Shown here: piece by piece, positions 34,087 to 48,003 of the stretch
How the letters are laid out: each line of letters begins with the position of its first letter
Numbering within the stretch: the stretch's first letter is position 1
Source of the DNA: Paraspadella gotoi
Taxonomy: Eukaryota; Animalia; Chaetognatha
Assembly (NCBI GenBank): GCA_051294375.1
Contig: JBJCIZ010000239.1
Span: 7,006,852 to 7,070,851 of the forward strand
Direction of reading: 5' to 3'
Length of the DNA: 64,000 nt
Notes under the pieces: generated by a model
The model's database searches: none
Told to the model about the DNA's origin: nothing
Seen by the model: only the letters and a program-made list of their open reading frames with translations
Made by a program: the position numbers and the translations under genes

Positions 34087-37000
34087 TTATATTTATTTTG
34101 TTTATTTTTTTATTTTTTATGTTATTTATTTATTTATTATATTTTTTTTTATTTTTTTTATTTTTTCTTTTTATTTATTTATTTAATTGATTTATTTAAT
34201 TGATTTTTATTTATTTATTTTTTATTTATTTATTTATTTAATTGTTTTTTTTTGGATTGTTTTAGAATTTTATTTTTCTTTTCCTTTTTAAGATTCTTTT
34301 TTTGTTTGAACCTTTGAAAGACTTACTTTAAATTTCTTTACAGCTGAAATCTTTTACTAAAAATCAACATCAATGTTAGGGAGTTTAGGCTAAATATTAA
34401 AAAAAAACAGAAAAAACCGAAAAACAAAACCGAGACCCTTTGTCTTTTGAAGATATGCAGACAAGTAAGGCGTCGGAAAGAATTGGAAGAAAACAGAGTA
34501 GCATTTAAAAATGTATGTAGGAGAAGTTTTGAAAGGAAGAAAAGCAAAGAATGAATATAACGAGACGGAGAGAAATAGTAGAGGAAGTATAAGAAATGCT
34601 GTTGCCGATGTCGTTTGTGATGGCACGGAGCGGCTGTTCCGACAGTCGAGATTTTCTTTTATTTTAAGGAGAAGGGGGATGGTTTAGGTAAGAAAAATAC
34701 ATTTACGTTTAGTAATTACAATGGGCCTTATTTTTCTCAAGAACGCTCATTTATTTTAAAATTTTTGTATTGAAATACATTTTTTTTCTGTTTAAATATT
34801 GGGTTTAAAGTTTAGGGTCATAAACATGCCAATGAAAATGATACAAATATTGCAGAGGGGATGAAGCAGAGAAGAGAGAGAGTGAGAGGAGAGAGAGAGA
34901 TTTGATTGGATAGAGTAGAAAATAGACTAACAAAATAAAAATAACGATTTTATTCCTTTTTTTTTTCACCGCCAGGCGAATATAGCGCTGCGAGCCCGCA
35001 GTCTGCTCGGGCAAAAGACGCCAAGAGCGCTCTGTCATCAACCACTGAGACTGGAAGGCGGCGGGCGGCCGGAACGACGCGGGCAGCCGCGGCGGCGGCG
35101 CAGCGGCGTCAAAGTACGGCCAATTCGGGCGGGGACCCCGAAGTTCGACGAAGACTTTTAACGGACGCGATGGCGCAACGACGTTCGGTATTCCTGTCGT
35201 CGCAGCGGAATAAAAATGATCGGGACTCCAAAGGTGGGTTCTCTTTTCCGAAAGCGGACCCATTTTCGGGAATTAAGTTTTCTGTTTAATAGTCGAACAA
35301 TTAGGTGAGGGTACTTGAAGGGGCAGGGCAGGAGGGTTAGGGATTAGGATAGGAAATTGGTTAGAGTTTTGGTCAAGGATTGATTAAATTTTTAGGGAAA
35401 AATAATTAGAGCAAAATATTAAGGCGGCAGCGGCGGTGTGGCGGCAGTGGCAGGTGGCAGCGGGCAGCGGCGCGGCTACTTCGCTGAGAACTAATTAAGG
35501 AAAGGAGTCTTTATGTTTATGCATCATTTTTCGATAAAAGAAAAATGGCGACGAGGACGAAAAAGATGACGACAGTACGGCCGACAATGAAAGAAGATAC
35601 TACAACCATCGTCGTAAACGGAGAATTCGATTATAAATTCATGACGATTTTTTTTTTCTTGATTATTTCGAGAAAAACCAACCAGTTGATTGGGATGGGT
35701 TGATTGTTGGTGGTTTCGGACGGTTGGTTTGATTTTGTTGAATGCTTAGTTTGTTAGTAAAGTTGGTTGGTTGGTTAGTTTAATTGATTGATTTTGTTGG
35801 TTTTGGTTGGTTTGGTTGGTTGACTAAAGAGTTAGATTGGTTGGTGGGTAGTTAGTTTTGTTGGTAGCAGTCACTTGCTTTGATTGCTTGTTGGTTTTGT
35901 TAGTATGTTAGTTGGTTGGGTGATCGGTTTATGTGTTGTTTGAATTGGTTGGTTGGGTAAACGAATTAATTGGTGAGTTAGTTTGGTTTTTTGAAATGTG
36001 GTCAGTAAGAGAACGAATTGATCGAATTGTTGGTAAGATTGGTATGATTGGCTTGGTTGGTTATTTGGTGTGTTGTTTGACTGGTTGGTTGGTTTGTTAG
36101 TTTTTCTGAGGGTCGGTGGGGGTTATCAGTTACATAACAAGTTCCTCCATCCAAGTCGCCATTTTATTCTCCCGCCATCGACGTCAACGCATCTTTTATT
36201 ATCCGCGTCGACGTCAATGCATTCTTTTTATTTCCCGCCGTCGACGGTCAACGCCATCTTTTATTCTCTACCCGCCATCGACAGTCAACGCCATCTTTTA
36301 TTCTCCCGCCGTCGACGTCAATGCCATCTTTTTATTTTCCCGCCGTCCGACGTCAACCGCCATCTTTATTCTCCCGCTGTCGATGTCAATGCCATCTTTT
36401 ATTCTCCCGCCATCACGTCAACGCCATCTTTTTATTGCTCCGCATCTTTTATTATCCCGCCGTCGACGATCAACGCCATCTTTTATTCTCCCGCCGTCGC
36501 CGTCAACGCCATCTTTGATTTCACCTTCTTGAAACGCGATTCCTTTTAATCTCGAACGGCGGCGGAAAAGGTGAAAGGGAAATTCGTCAATATTAAGGGA
36601 GGGGGGAGAATTAAGGAGAAATAAAAAAAGAGGGAATAAAATAAAGTAAAAAAAAGAAGAAAAAAAGAAAAAGAAAACAAAATTAAATGTACAAGTCTTC
36701 AATTTTTAAAAGACTTAAAATTGACGAATAAAAAAAAGATATTGAACTAAAAGGTGAATTAAAATCAGTATATTCTACAAAAACTCAAGTTTTATTTATT
36801 TTATTTATTTATTTATATCTTTTTTCTCCCCTTCTTCTTTTTTCCATTTTTTGCTTTCGCTCTCTCTTTCTTTCTCTGTCTCTCTTTCTTTTCTCTGTCT
36901 GTCTGTTCTCTTATCTCTCTCTCTCTCTCTTCCCTCCTCTCTCTCTCTTCTCTCTCTTCTCTCTCTCTCTCTCTCGCCTCAACCCCACCAAAATCAACCC

Positions 37001-37100
37001 AGCATATTTTTCCTCGTCTTTCTTTCATTTTCCAAGTCTCTCTCTCACTCTCTCTCTCTCTCTCTCTATCTACCTATCTATCTATCTATCTATTATCTAT

Positions 37101-37152
<52 letters not shown>

Positions 37153-37640
37153 ATCTATCTCTCTTTCTCACCTCATCTAAAGGAAATTCTATCATTTTTC
37201 TCTCCATTTTCTTTGCGGAATACGTTTTAAAAAGTCTCTCTCTCTCTCACTCTCTCTCTCTTTCTCTCTCTCTATCTTTCTCTATCTCTCTTCTCTCTCT
37301 CTCTCATTAATTTGTTAAAAAACCCTTCAACTTGGTCGAGAGGAGATTCTATCTTTTCTTTCTTTTTCTTTTCTTTTTTTTTTTTTCTTTTTTCTTTTCA
37401 CCCCCCCCCCCCGCATTCTTTATAAAATAAAAAGCGAGAGAAAATTTTTCTTTTTTTTTCACCTCGGAATTTATTATTTTTTATTCTCCTCCTCCTCTTC
37501 CTCTTCCTCCTCCTCCTCCTTCAGCTCGGCGAACCCTCATCCTCCATGGCAAAGTAACCGGAAATCCTTCATTCCAACTTACGTGGATTGGACCCGACGC
37601 ACAACTAGTGTTGAAGGTAAAGGGAGGGAGGGAGAGAGAG

Positions 37641-37720
<80 letters not shown>

Positions 37721-38347
37721 TACACCATGAATAGGCGATTTCAATTTTAGATGGAAAAAAAATGGAAGCCGTTGAAAGAAGGATGAAGAAAAAAAGCCCT
37801 ATTTACCAAAAACGCAAATTTCAGATTATAAATTAGCAATGAGTTAGTTTAATAAGAATGAGAAAAAGATTGATTTTTTCACAACAAATTTTTTATTAAT
37901 ATTGTTACATACAGGTTTTGAATAGCATTTATATTCTTTTAGTGTAAAGGCAATTTGACTGATGAAGAATAAAAATGTTATTGTATGTAACAATATTAAA
38001 AAAATTATTATAATAAAAATCAATCTTTTCCTCATCTAAATTCAACCACAAAATGAGAAAAAAAAACAAACAAAAAAAGAGAATAAAAAAATAGTTGAAT
38101 AAAGTGAATAAGTGAATAAATAATTGTTATACTCAAAATAATATTTATAAAAACAAATATTTAAAAATAATAAAAAGCATATTATTAAAAATTTTAAATA
38201 AAAATTTATTACAAAATATCAGAAAATGTTCAAAATTATTTCCCTTACTATCAATCATTAATCATCCAGTGCTTTTGCTATTTTATCCCATTCCTCCCCT
38301 GTCTCTTCTCTCTCTCTCTCTCTTCTCTCTCTTCTCTCTCTTCTCTC

Positions 38348-38392
<45 letters not shown>

Positions 38393-39033
38393 TCTCTCCT
38401 TCCGTCATCTCAAAGAATTAACCTTCTCAAATTCTGTTTAACAACTACCCTTAACCCCTTTCATTTCGGTCAATTTTTCTAAAAGTTTATCCGATTTCAG
38501 TTAAAAATTCATAATTAAATTATTTTTTAGGTTTTAAAATTAGGTCAAGGATTAAGGTATAGGGATTAAGCTTTGAGGTTAAGAAATGAGGATTAGGGTT
38601 TTAGGATTAAGAATAAAAATCAGGGATAAGATTAGTGACTAAGTTAAGGATAATGTTTAAGGTTAAGGATAGAATAAATGGTCGCTTCCATAAAATAGTG
38701 CCCATCCCCCCCCCCTTCGTCGCTCTCAGTTTCATTTTTTTTTCTCTTCCTGCTCGCCGTCAACCCGGTCTCGCTGCTCCTTTTGTCTGTTTTTTTCTCG
38801 TTTATTAAATCCCGTTGTTCTTTTGTCGTCCTACGCCCTCTTTTGTCGTTCGACGGATGCTCTCTTCTCATTTTTATATGCCCCCGCCCTATTTTTTTTT
38901 GTTCATTCGCGGGGTTGTTCTTTTTTTTCTTCGCCCTCCGCTCGCAGCGCCTTTATGGGGCCTTGTCATTTTTATTTTGTCACTCGCTTGAAAGCTCTTA
39001 AAGAACCGTCAGGTTGAATAAACTCGCTCTCTC

Positions 39034-39105
<72 letters not shown>

Positions 39106-39546
39106 ATTAATTTTAAGGTTGTCGGGCTCAAGAGGATAGGATTTGAAAAGGATATTTTTATTGAAATTTTTTCGTTTAAAATGAGATTCTTTATATTTCC
39201 GATTAAAACTTTTTTCATCGGATACTCGTTATTTTGCCAATATTTTCATAATCGTTCTTTAATTTTCGATAAAAAGTAATAACTTTTATTTTATATTTAT
39301 TTTTATTAAGGTTTAACTTTCTCTGTATTTATCCAAATTTTATTTTTTTTTAAAATCAACTCATTCTTCACCTTTACATTTCTCCTTCACTCTGTCATTT
39401 TTAGCCCAATGAAAGTCTGTATTTCTCGGAAACTGAGTCAGTTGGTCTGTCAGTCTTTTTTTTGTCTACTTGGGATCGTTATTTCGCTCGTTCCATGGTT
39501 CTAAAAAAAGTCTCCTTGGAGGAAGAGAGTGAGAGACGAGAGAGAG

Positions 39547-39588
<42 letters not shown>

Positions 39589-39828
39589 AGAGATAGAGAA
39601 AGAGAGAGAGAAAAAATATAAATAAAGAATAATTAGATCATTTTTATATAGTATTTTATTAATGTTATATATCAATTAATTCTTAATTCTTCGCCCTGGG
39701 GCCGAGGCCGGAGAATTTATATTTTCTACGCTTTAGCTAAAGACAGCGGAATTAATCGTTTCGTGTAAAGACATAATAAAATTTCCCTGATGACTCATAA
39801 TCGAGTTTTTCACTTTCGTTAATTCTCT

Positions 39829-39913
<85 letters not shown>

Positions 39914-41225
39914 TCATCATCTACTTTTTCCCATCTCTCCTTCAACTCACGGCATCTTTGGCCTGAGAAGGGAAAGAGTGAGTAGAAAGAGAAGAAGAGA
40001 AAGAAAGAAAGAAAGAAATAAAGAAATAAGAAATAAAGAAAGAAAGAAAGAAAGAATAAGGAGGAGAAGAGAAAAAGAGAGAGAGACAGAGAAAAAGAGA
40101 GAGAGAGAGAAAAAATTTCGTTGCATTTATTATCATCAGACGCGTTTTCATCTTTGCTCGCGGCGAATAAAAACTCTCTCTTTCTCTCTCTCGTTTTCTC
40201 TCTCTCTCTCTCTCTCTCTCTCTGCTCTCTCTCTCTCTCTCTCTCTCTCTCGCTCTCTCTCTCTCCTCCCTCTTCTCTCTTGTTGTTCATGTTTTTCTCT
40301 TTCGTTCATAAGTCATAGTGTTTTTCCTTTTATTTAAACAATACCATTAACTTAAAAGCTTAGACTTTGACTAAATCAGAAATTTAAAAAAATAATATCA
40401 AAAATGAGAATAAAATAACAGAAAATACTTAGAAAGGAATCATAAAACAAAGGGAAAAAAGTAAATGCTTCAATTGTATAGTTTGTAATATTTTTCATAA
40501 TTTTCGAAATTATATTTGGTTTTATATAGAATTCATTAACGTTATAACTCGTTAGTTACTTTAATACTCATCTCGTCCTCGGTTCTTTGCTTGGATTGGT
40601 TTGTAACTTATTTCTCGTTCAGTTATTGGCCGTATTCTCAAAAGTTGAAAAATCATTTCAATTGGTCTATTTATATATTAAGAAGTATAAAAGCGCAAAT
40701 AAACTTTTAACTTTAGGAGTCTGCCCAGGAGACATTAGGTAACATGATGAAATATTTTGTAATTTTTGAAATGAATTAATATTTCTAATCATTGAAAATT
40801 TGTACAGCTCTATCTCACTGAACTGGTTCTGTTTGAGCTCTGATTATTTTATTTATAAAATGAATGCGAATTGGGTTGATTCTCTCCTTTGATAGCGAAA
40901 TGGCTTCGCCTCGTGATATCTACAAGGTATAAATTAGGTTACAGCAAAGCGCTCAATGTTTTTCAATAACAATCTCCACTAATAAGAAACTAATCCCCAA
41001 CTCTGAATTCTTCCGCCAATTCTCAAGCCCGCGACGCCATCCAACCCCATTCTAACGGTCTAATCCCCCCCCCACCAAAACAGAGAGGTGGATGGCGCCA
41101 ACAGACCGGCGCCCGCGGATCGAGAACGAGCGAGCCCCACCTTCAAAGCAATCGCCCTTACCCAAAAGAATCACGGACCCACTCTGAGGCTAGACAACCT
41201 TACCAACAGGGAGTTGAGCGCTGCA

Positions 41226-41273
<48 letters not shown>

Positions 41274-41561
41274 TCTCTCTTCTCACTCTCTCTCTCTCTC
41301 TCGGTTTCTGTCTGTCTGTCCCACTTGCATTATAATGCTCTTTGGTAGATCTTTTGTTATTTTTTTCCTGACATGAAGAGAACCTCGAAACTAAGCGACT
41401 GCTGAGACGCCTCCTTTTGTTTTAATTAAACTCCTATAAGAATAAAAGACGCCTCCAATGCGATGGGTGTTGAACATAAATAACAAAGTCCTTGAGGCGC
41501 AATACACATTGGAATCTCCGTTCTTGTTTTTTACGCATTTATATCTTTTTCACATCATCCG

Positions 41562-41592
<31 letters not shown>

Positions 41593-44349
41593 CATTGCTT
41601 TCAAGTCTTGACTAGATCAAAGATCTCGGGGAGGAGGAGGAGGAGGCAGGAGGAGGAGGAAGAGGAAAAGGAGATTCGAACAGTCAAACGATTATGCAGA
41701 AAGAGAGAGAGAAATAGAGAAAGACAGCGAGAGAGAGAGAGAGAGAGAGACGTGGGTGTGTTTTCGCTTGAACCGCCAGAGTATAAAAAGCGTGCGGTTA
41801 ATTAACTGTATGAAACACCTTAATGCTTTTAAGCAGCAGATTTTAATAGTCAGAAAAAACGCGAGTCGAGAAATTCGTTATAAAGGAATAGGGTGGGGCT
41901 GGTGGGATTTTGAATTTGCTGAGGGTGAGAACTAAGTACTAAGTACTTTCTTAGCCCCAACCTTTCAATATTTTTATCATTCAATGTCTAATTATTCGAT
42001 ATAAAAAAAAATCATCACTATGGCTATTTTAACGATCAAAATAAGTTTATACTTAAAAACATTTACAAGGACTCGACCCACCAAAATTTACTATCGTTTT
42101 TTTTTAAATTAAATGAATGTTTCGAAAGTTAGCTAAATAACTTAATATAAAATTTCGAAAAAAATCTCTCCGCCCAGGACTTCGGCGTGTACAAGTGTCT
42201 CGCCGAGAACAGAGTTCGGTTCGACTACGACGAGATTTACGTCAACGGCGGCGCCTCGGCCAAAACCCGGAAAGGGGCGTGGCTCGGCGCCGGTGGCGTT
42301 CTCGGCGGCGGCCTCCGGCGCCGGAGAGCGGAGTCAATTGACGTCGTTGTCCTCTCGGCATCGGTGAGTTCCGGTTATTTTTGAAAAAAAAAAAAATTTT
42401 ATTTATCTTAAAGTAGTACTCAAAATAATATATTTTAAGGCTGCTGATGAGATTTGAAATACAAGTCGAAACATGTCCCAATTATTGCTAAAATAAATCG
42501 TTGCTAAACCAAATTCGAACTCTCTTCTAATTGTTGATTTAAATATTTCAATTCATATATAGATATTACTATTGATAAATCAAATTTTATTCTCTATATT
42601 ATAAACTATAAAAAATATAATGCAATCCAGGGGGTGTATCAATTTCTGTCCCCAGGGGAATATGATTGTATGTCTCCCTCATTGTTAAAAAAATTGTCCC
42701 CTCGACCCCAACGCCAGGGTGCGCCCGCAGTTTTAGAGGAAAACATACTTGGGGGTGAAGGTAAAAGAAGAGGTAGGGTGGCTAAGGGGCATCATACGTG
42801 ACAATAGTAGTGACATTTGACGTAACATTATATGGAATAATTCACATGGGATTCGAACAGGGAGCAAGACGTGCCATTTGTTGTTGACACTCTACGTCTA
42901 ATTTCACGCCACGTGAAGTTTAACGTAGCAATGCGTGACAAAGCATAAAAGCAAAGCAAGGATTGGCGTTAACGGTCTTTTCAGCGTAGTTAACTTAAGT
43001 ATGAAACCAGTAGGAACAGTATGAACATGGACAGAAATGAAAATTCAAAAAATTACTCTTAAATGGTAAAACCTTATTTGGCAGTAAAAGGGAATAAACG
43101 GGACTGTGAGAGAGTCTTGATTGAAAGCTTGCAGGGACCTGCTATGTAATTATCTTGTAAGAGTGATGGAGGCCTTAAACCACCAAAGCCTGTCCAAAGT
43201 CAGGGGGCAAATAGCTTATTTATTAAATGAATGGATATGTTTTTATATTGGTTGTACCAATTTTCATGGAAAACATAACCATTAACCGATTACCGTCTAC
43301 CATCTCGATCCGCCAATTGCCATTCGGATGATACAGTCGCTACCTGGAACTTGAGCCCGCAACCCAAGCAGAAGAGCGCGATTTTTCCTTTGAACCATTT
43401 CGATTGCAACGGGGGGCATCCATTGCAAAGGAGACGACGCGCGTTGGCGGGAACCAATTGGTCGGAATCGTTCCATCTGACGAGGACCAACCCAATCCGA
43501 AAAGTGTCTCCGGTCAAACATTGATGAATATAAATTAATAAATTACGTATTAATAAATCGATGGGGGTCATTTAATTTAAATTTATTAAATTTAAATTTT
43601 AAAAACATTCTTTGTTTTCTTTACTTTTCGTTGCGTTTTTGTTTTTAGGTAGAAAACGAATTGTTGTTAACATACGACTTTTATATGAACATAAATTTCG
43701 GACATGTTTCGGACGACATTAAAGTCGAAACACGTCCGAAATTTGTTTCATAATAAAAGTTGTTGTATGTTAACAAACAAATTAAACAATTCATTTTCTA
43801 CCTCAAATTTAAAACCAGATCCCAACGAATTAAACATAATTCTGCCAAGGAGAAATTTGGGGTTGTCTCTGCATATAAAATTAGTACAACCAATATAGAA
43901 AAAATGAGCTATCTTGCGACTGGCTTTCCCTAGTCATTAATTTAATATATAATATATAATATTTAATATATATGTATAATATATCAATATTGTTTCAATT
44001 GTTTGAAAAAAAAATTTCTAAAGTATTAGATGGCGGAATTACAATTATTACAATTATTACAATAACAATTTAATACCGTTATAGCAATTTACCCCACAAA
44101 TTCGTTCAATATTCAACAAAGCCAGACAAACTCAAATCGATTCTCTCCCAACTACAAAAAGGAGACCTTTTTAATTTACGAGTTGGAATGAACCAACACT
44201 TACCCTCGGATGCTTACCCAATTCCACGACGGACCTCGTTCATCGCGCGAAGAGGGGGGGGGGGCGAGGGGGGGTTGAGACAAGGCGGGGGTGGAAGGTG
44301 ATGCGGCGCCCCGGCTGTCCTGGGTCCGACGTTTGTGGGTCAGTCGAGT

Positions 44350-44394
<45 letters not shown>

Positions 44395-44559
44395 GAGAGA
44401 GAAAGAGAGAGAGAGAAAGAGGAGCGTTATAGAGAGGTGTGTCTACCAGCACAATGGCTCATGGGCTGGCCAATCAAAGGAGAACGGTGACCTCATATGA
44501 GTAATAAGGAACTATTCCGGACGAATAAACCTTTTTTCTTACACTCATTAATGCTTTAT

Positions 44560-44642
<83 letters not shown>

Positions 44643-45207
44643 TCTTCTGCGTTTAAGATGGAATAGAATAACAGTAAGATATCATTGACATTAAAGAAGG
44701 AGTATACATTAAAACAATAAAACAAAAATGTCGAAAGGCTAAAAGCTCAAAATATAGAGCTGGCATCGATGGATCTCGGGTCAACAAAAAAAGCAATCAA
44801 GAATAACCAAAAAAAATTAAAAAAAAAAATAATAATATATTTAAAAAAAGACAAAACAAAAAAAAACTAATTATAATGAGAAATAAAATAAATAATAAAT
44901 TTATTAGATAAAATAATTGGATAATATTAAAAAAGGCAAAAGACAAAAACAATAAAGAATAAAACAAAGGAGCAAACAAAAAAAACAAAGGAGCAAACAA
45001 AAAAAGGAGCCAAACAAAAAGCAAAAGAGCAAAACAAAAAAAACAAAAAAAACAAAGGAGCAAAACAAAAAAAAACAAAGGAGCAAAACCAAAAAACAAA
45101 GGAGCAACGTTACCGAAGAGAAGGAATATTCCCGAATTAACCCTTCGCTCTTGAACGTGAAGAACCACGACGATCAGTGCCATTGTGAACTGGAGGATCC
45201 AGACACA

Positions 45208-45263
<56 letters not shown>

Positions 45264-45469
45264 CTCTTCTCGTCATCTCTCTCTTCGCTCCTCTCTCTTC
45301 TCCCCGTCTCTCTCTTCTTCACTCAAAAAATCCAGACTTAGCCTTTTGCCCCGACGACATTCGACACCATGGCTTCCCCCCCCACCCCCCCTCGATCCAC
45401 GCTTCACGAACCCTACCCTTCACTAGCGCCTTCTCCTGTCACGGACTCCTTTGTGCGTAAAATTCGCAA

Positions 45470-45511
<42 letters not shown>

Positions 45512-45619
45512 TTTTTTTTTGCCGCTTTTCTCATGTCAGGTGTTGTTACTTGTCGGGGGCTTCGTTTAAATCTCTGTCTCTCTCTCTCTCTCTCTCCTCC
45601 TCTCTCTCTCTCTCTTTCG

Positions 45620-45660
<41 letters not shown>

Positions 45661-46724
45661 CCCTCCTCCCTCTCTCTTTTCTCCTTCCAAGACTTACAAA
45701 TTATCTCCATTTTTCGTCTTCCGCATACAAAGTCGCTTTTATTCCGATTCATTGACAAAAAGTATCGCGACCTTTGTTCGACAAAAAAAAAAAGCCAAAT
45801 TTGCTGTCCCGAGGCGCCTTGCTGATCTAAGGCGCCCCTGCTTTGCCGGGCGCCTTGTTATACCTAGGCGCGTTTACCATTCCAGGAAGCTGTGCCGTCC
45901 GAGGCGCCTGCCCATTCAAAGAATCCTTGCCATGCCAAGGTGTCTATGCAATCTCTGACCATCTTTATGTCCAATGAAGCCCAAATGGCCATGGTGCCCT
46001 GCTTTGCGTTCAAGGCGCCCTGCCGTCCCGTGGTACCCCCCCCCTGCCCGGCATTCCAAGGCGCCCGGCCGATCCAAGTGCCAGATTGGGTGGACGACAG
46101 CAAATGTCGCGTTGCCGCCAGTGATGAGACATCGCTGAGAGACGCCACCCCCATCCCAGAAAGGGGGGACAGCATAAAATCACATACAGCCTCGCTAGTC
46201 GCTACCCAGCATTAACTACTTTTTATAAAATCTGCTGCCACTCCCCGCGTTGACCCTGGCTTTTGGAATGTCAGCCTTTTGGGAATGTCAGCCTTCAGAA
46301 TGTCAGCCTGTCCGGAATGTCAGACTTCGGAATGTCAGTCTTTCGAATGTCAGACTTATATATTTTTAAAAAATCACATCGAGTTTCGTTTCCGCTTGTT
46401 GGTTCCTACTCGTAGTTAAGGGGCGGCGACCCTCGACCCCTCTCCACTCTCTCTCCTCCTCTCTCTCCTCTCCCCTCTCCTCTCTTCTCTCCTCTCCTCT
46501 TCTTCTTCCTCTCTCCTCCCCCTCCACTCCCTCTCCTCCCCCCTCTCCTCCCCCTCTGCTCCCCCCTTTCCTTTTTTTTCTAATTTCGCCAAAATGTCAA
46601 GTATTTTTTTTTACATTTTGTCAGTTTTACAAATATTTATTTTTTAAATTTTTCCGTTTTCCATTTTTCCCCACTTTGCACTGGGGGTGGTTATTGAAAA
46701 TTTGGTTTAGTTTTTTCTGTTTTT
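31984..46724 (+). repeat. Near-identical second copy of 15833-30570, including Ig exons A-E (33666-33818, 34976-35233, 37525-37616, 41084-41209, 42178-42363)
   Basis: Offset 16151, then 16154 after one GA tract; same first bases after a 25-N gap; same frameshifts; identical ORF translations. Confidence 0.97.
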
Positions 46725-47550
46725 AGGAGAGGAGAGAAGAGAGGAGAGGGGAGAGGAGAGAAGAGAGGAGAGAGAGTGGAGAGGGGTCGAGGGTTCGCCG
46801 CCCCTTAACTACGAGTAGGAACCAACAAGCGGAAACGAAACTCGATGTGATTTTTAAAAATATAATAAGTCTGACATTCCGAAAGACTGACATTCCGAAA
46901 GTCTGACATTCCGACAGGCTGACATTCTGAAAGGCTGACATTCCAAAAGGCTGACATTCCAAAAGGCAGGGTGCAACGCGGGGGAGTGGCAGTAGATTTT
47001 ATAAAGTAGTTAATGCTGGGTAGCGACTAGCGAGGCTGTATGTGATTTTATGCTGTCCCCCTTTCTAGGGATAGGGGGTGGCGTCTCTCAGCGATGTCTT
47101 CATCACTGGCGGCAACGGCGACATTTGCTGTCGTCCACCCAATCTGGGCACCTTGGATCGGCCGGGCGCCTTGGAATGGCAGGGTACCACGGGACGGCAG
47201 GGCGCCTTGGAACCGCAGGGCACCATGGGCCATTTGGGCTTCATTGGACATAAAGATGGTCAGAGATTGCAAGACACCTTGGCATGGCAAGGATTCTTTG
47301 AATGGCAGGCGCCTCGGGACGGCACAGCTTCCTGGAATGGTAAAGCGCCTAGGTATAACAAGGCGCCTCGGCAAAGCAGGGCGCCTTAGATCAGCAAGGC
47401 GCCTCGGGACAGCAAATTTGGCTTTTTTTTTTCGAACAAAGGTCGCGATCTTTTTGTCAAGAATCGGAATAAAAGCGACTTTGTATGCGGAAGACGAAAA
47501 ATGGAGATAATTTGTAAGTCTTGGAAGGAGAAAAGAGAGAGGGAGGAGGG

Positions 47551-47591
<41 letters not shown>

Positions 47592-47699
47592 CGAAAGAGA
47601 GAGAGAGAGAGGAGGAGAGAGAGAGAGAGAGAGACAGAGATTTAAACGAAGCCCCCGACAAGTAACAACACCTGACATGAGAAAAGCGGCAAAAAAAAA

Positions 47700-47741
<42 letters not shown>

Positions 47742-47947
47742 TTGCGAATTTTACGCACAAAGGAGTCCGTGACAGGAGAAGGCGCTAGTGAAGGGTAGGG
47801 TTCGTGAAGCGTGGATCGAGGGGGGGTGGGGGGGGAAGCCATGGTGTCGAATGTCGTCGGGGCAAAAGGCTAAGTCTGGATTTTTTGAGTGAAGAAGAGA
47901 GAGACGGGGAGAAGAGAGAGGAGCGAAGAGAGAGATGACGAGAAGAG

Positions 47948-48003
<56 letters not shown>
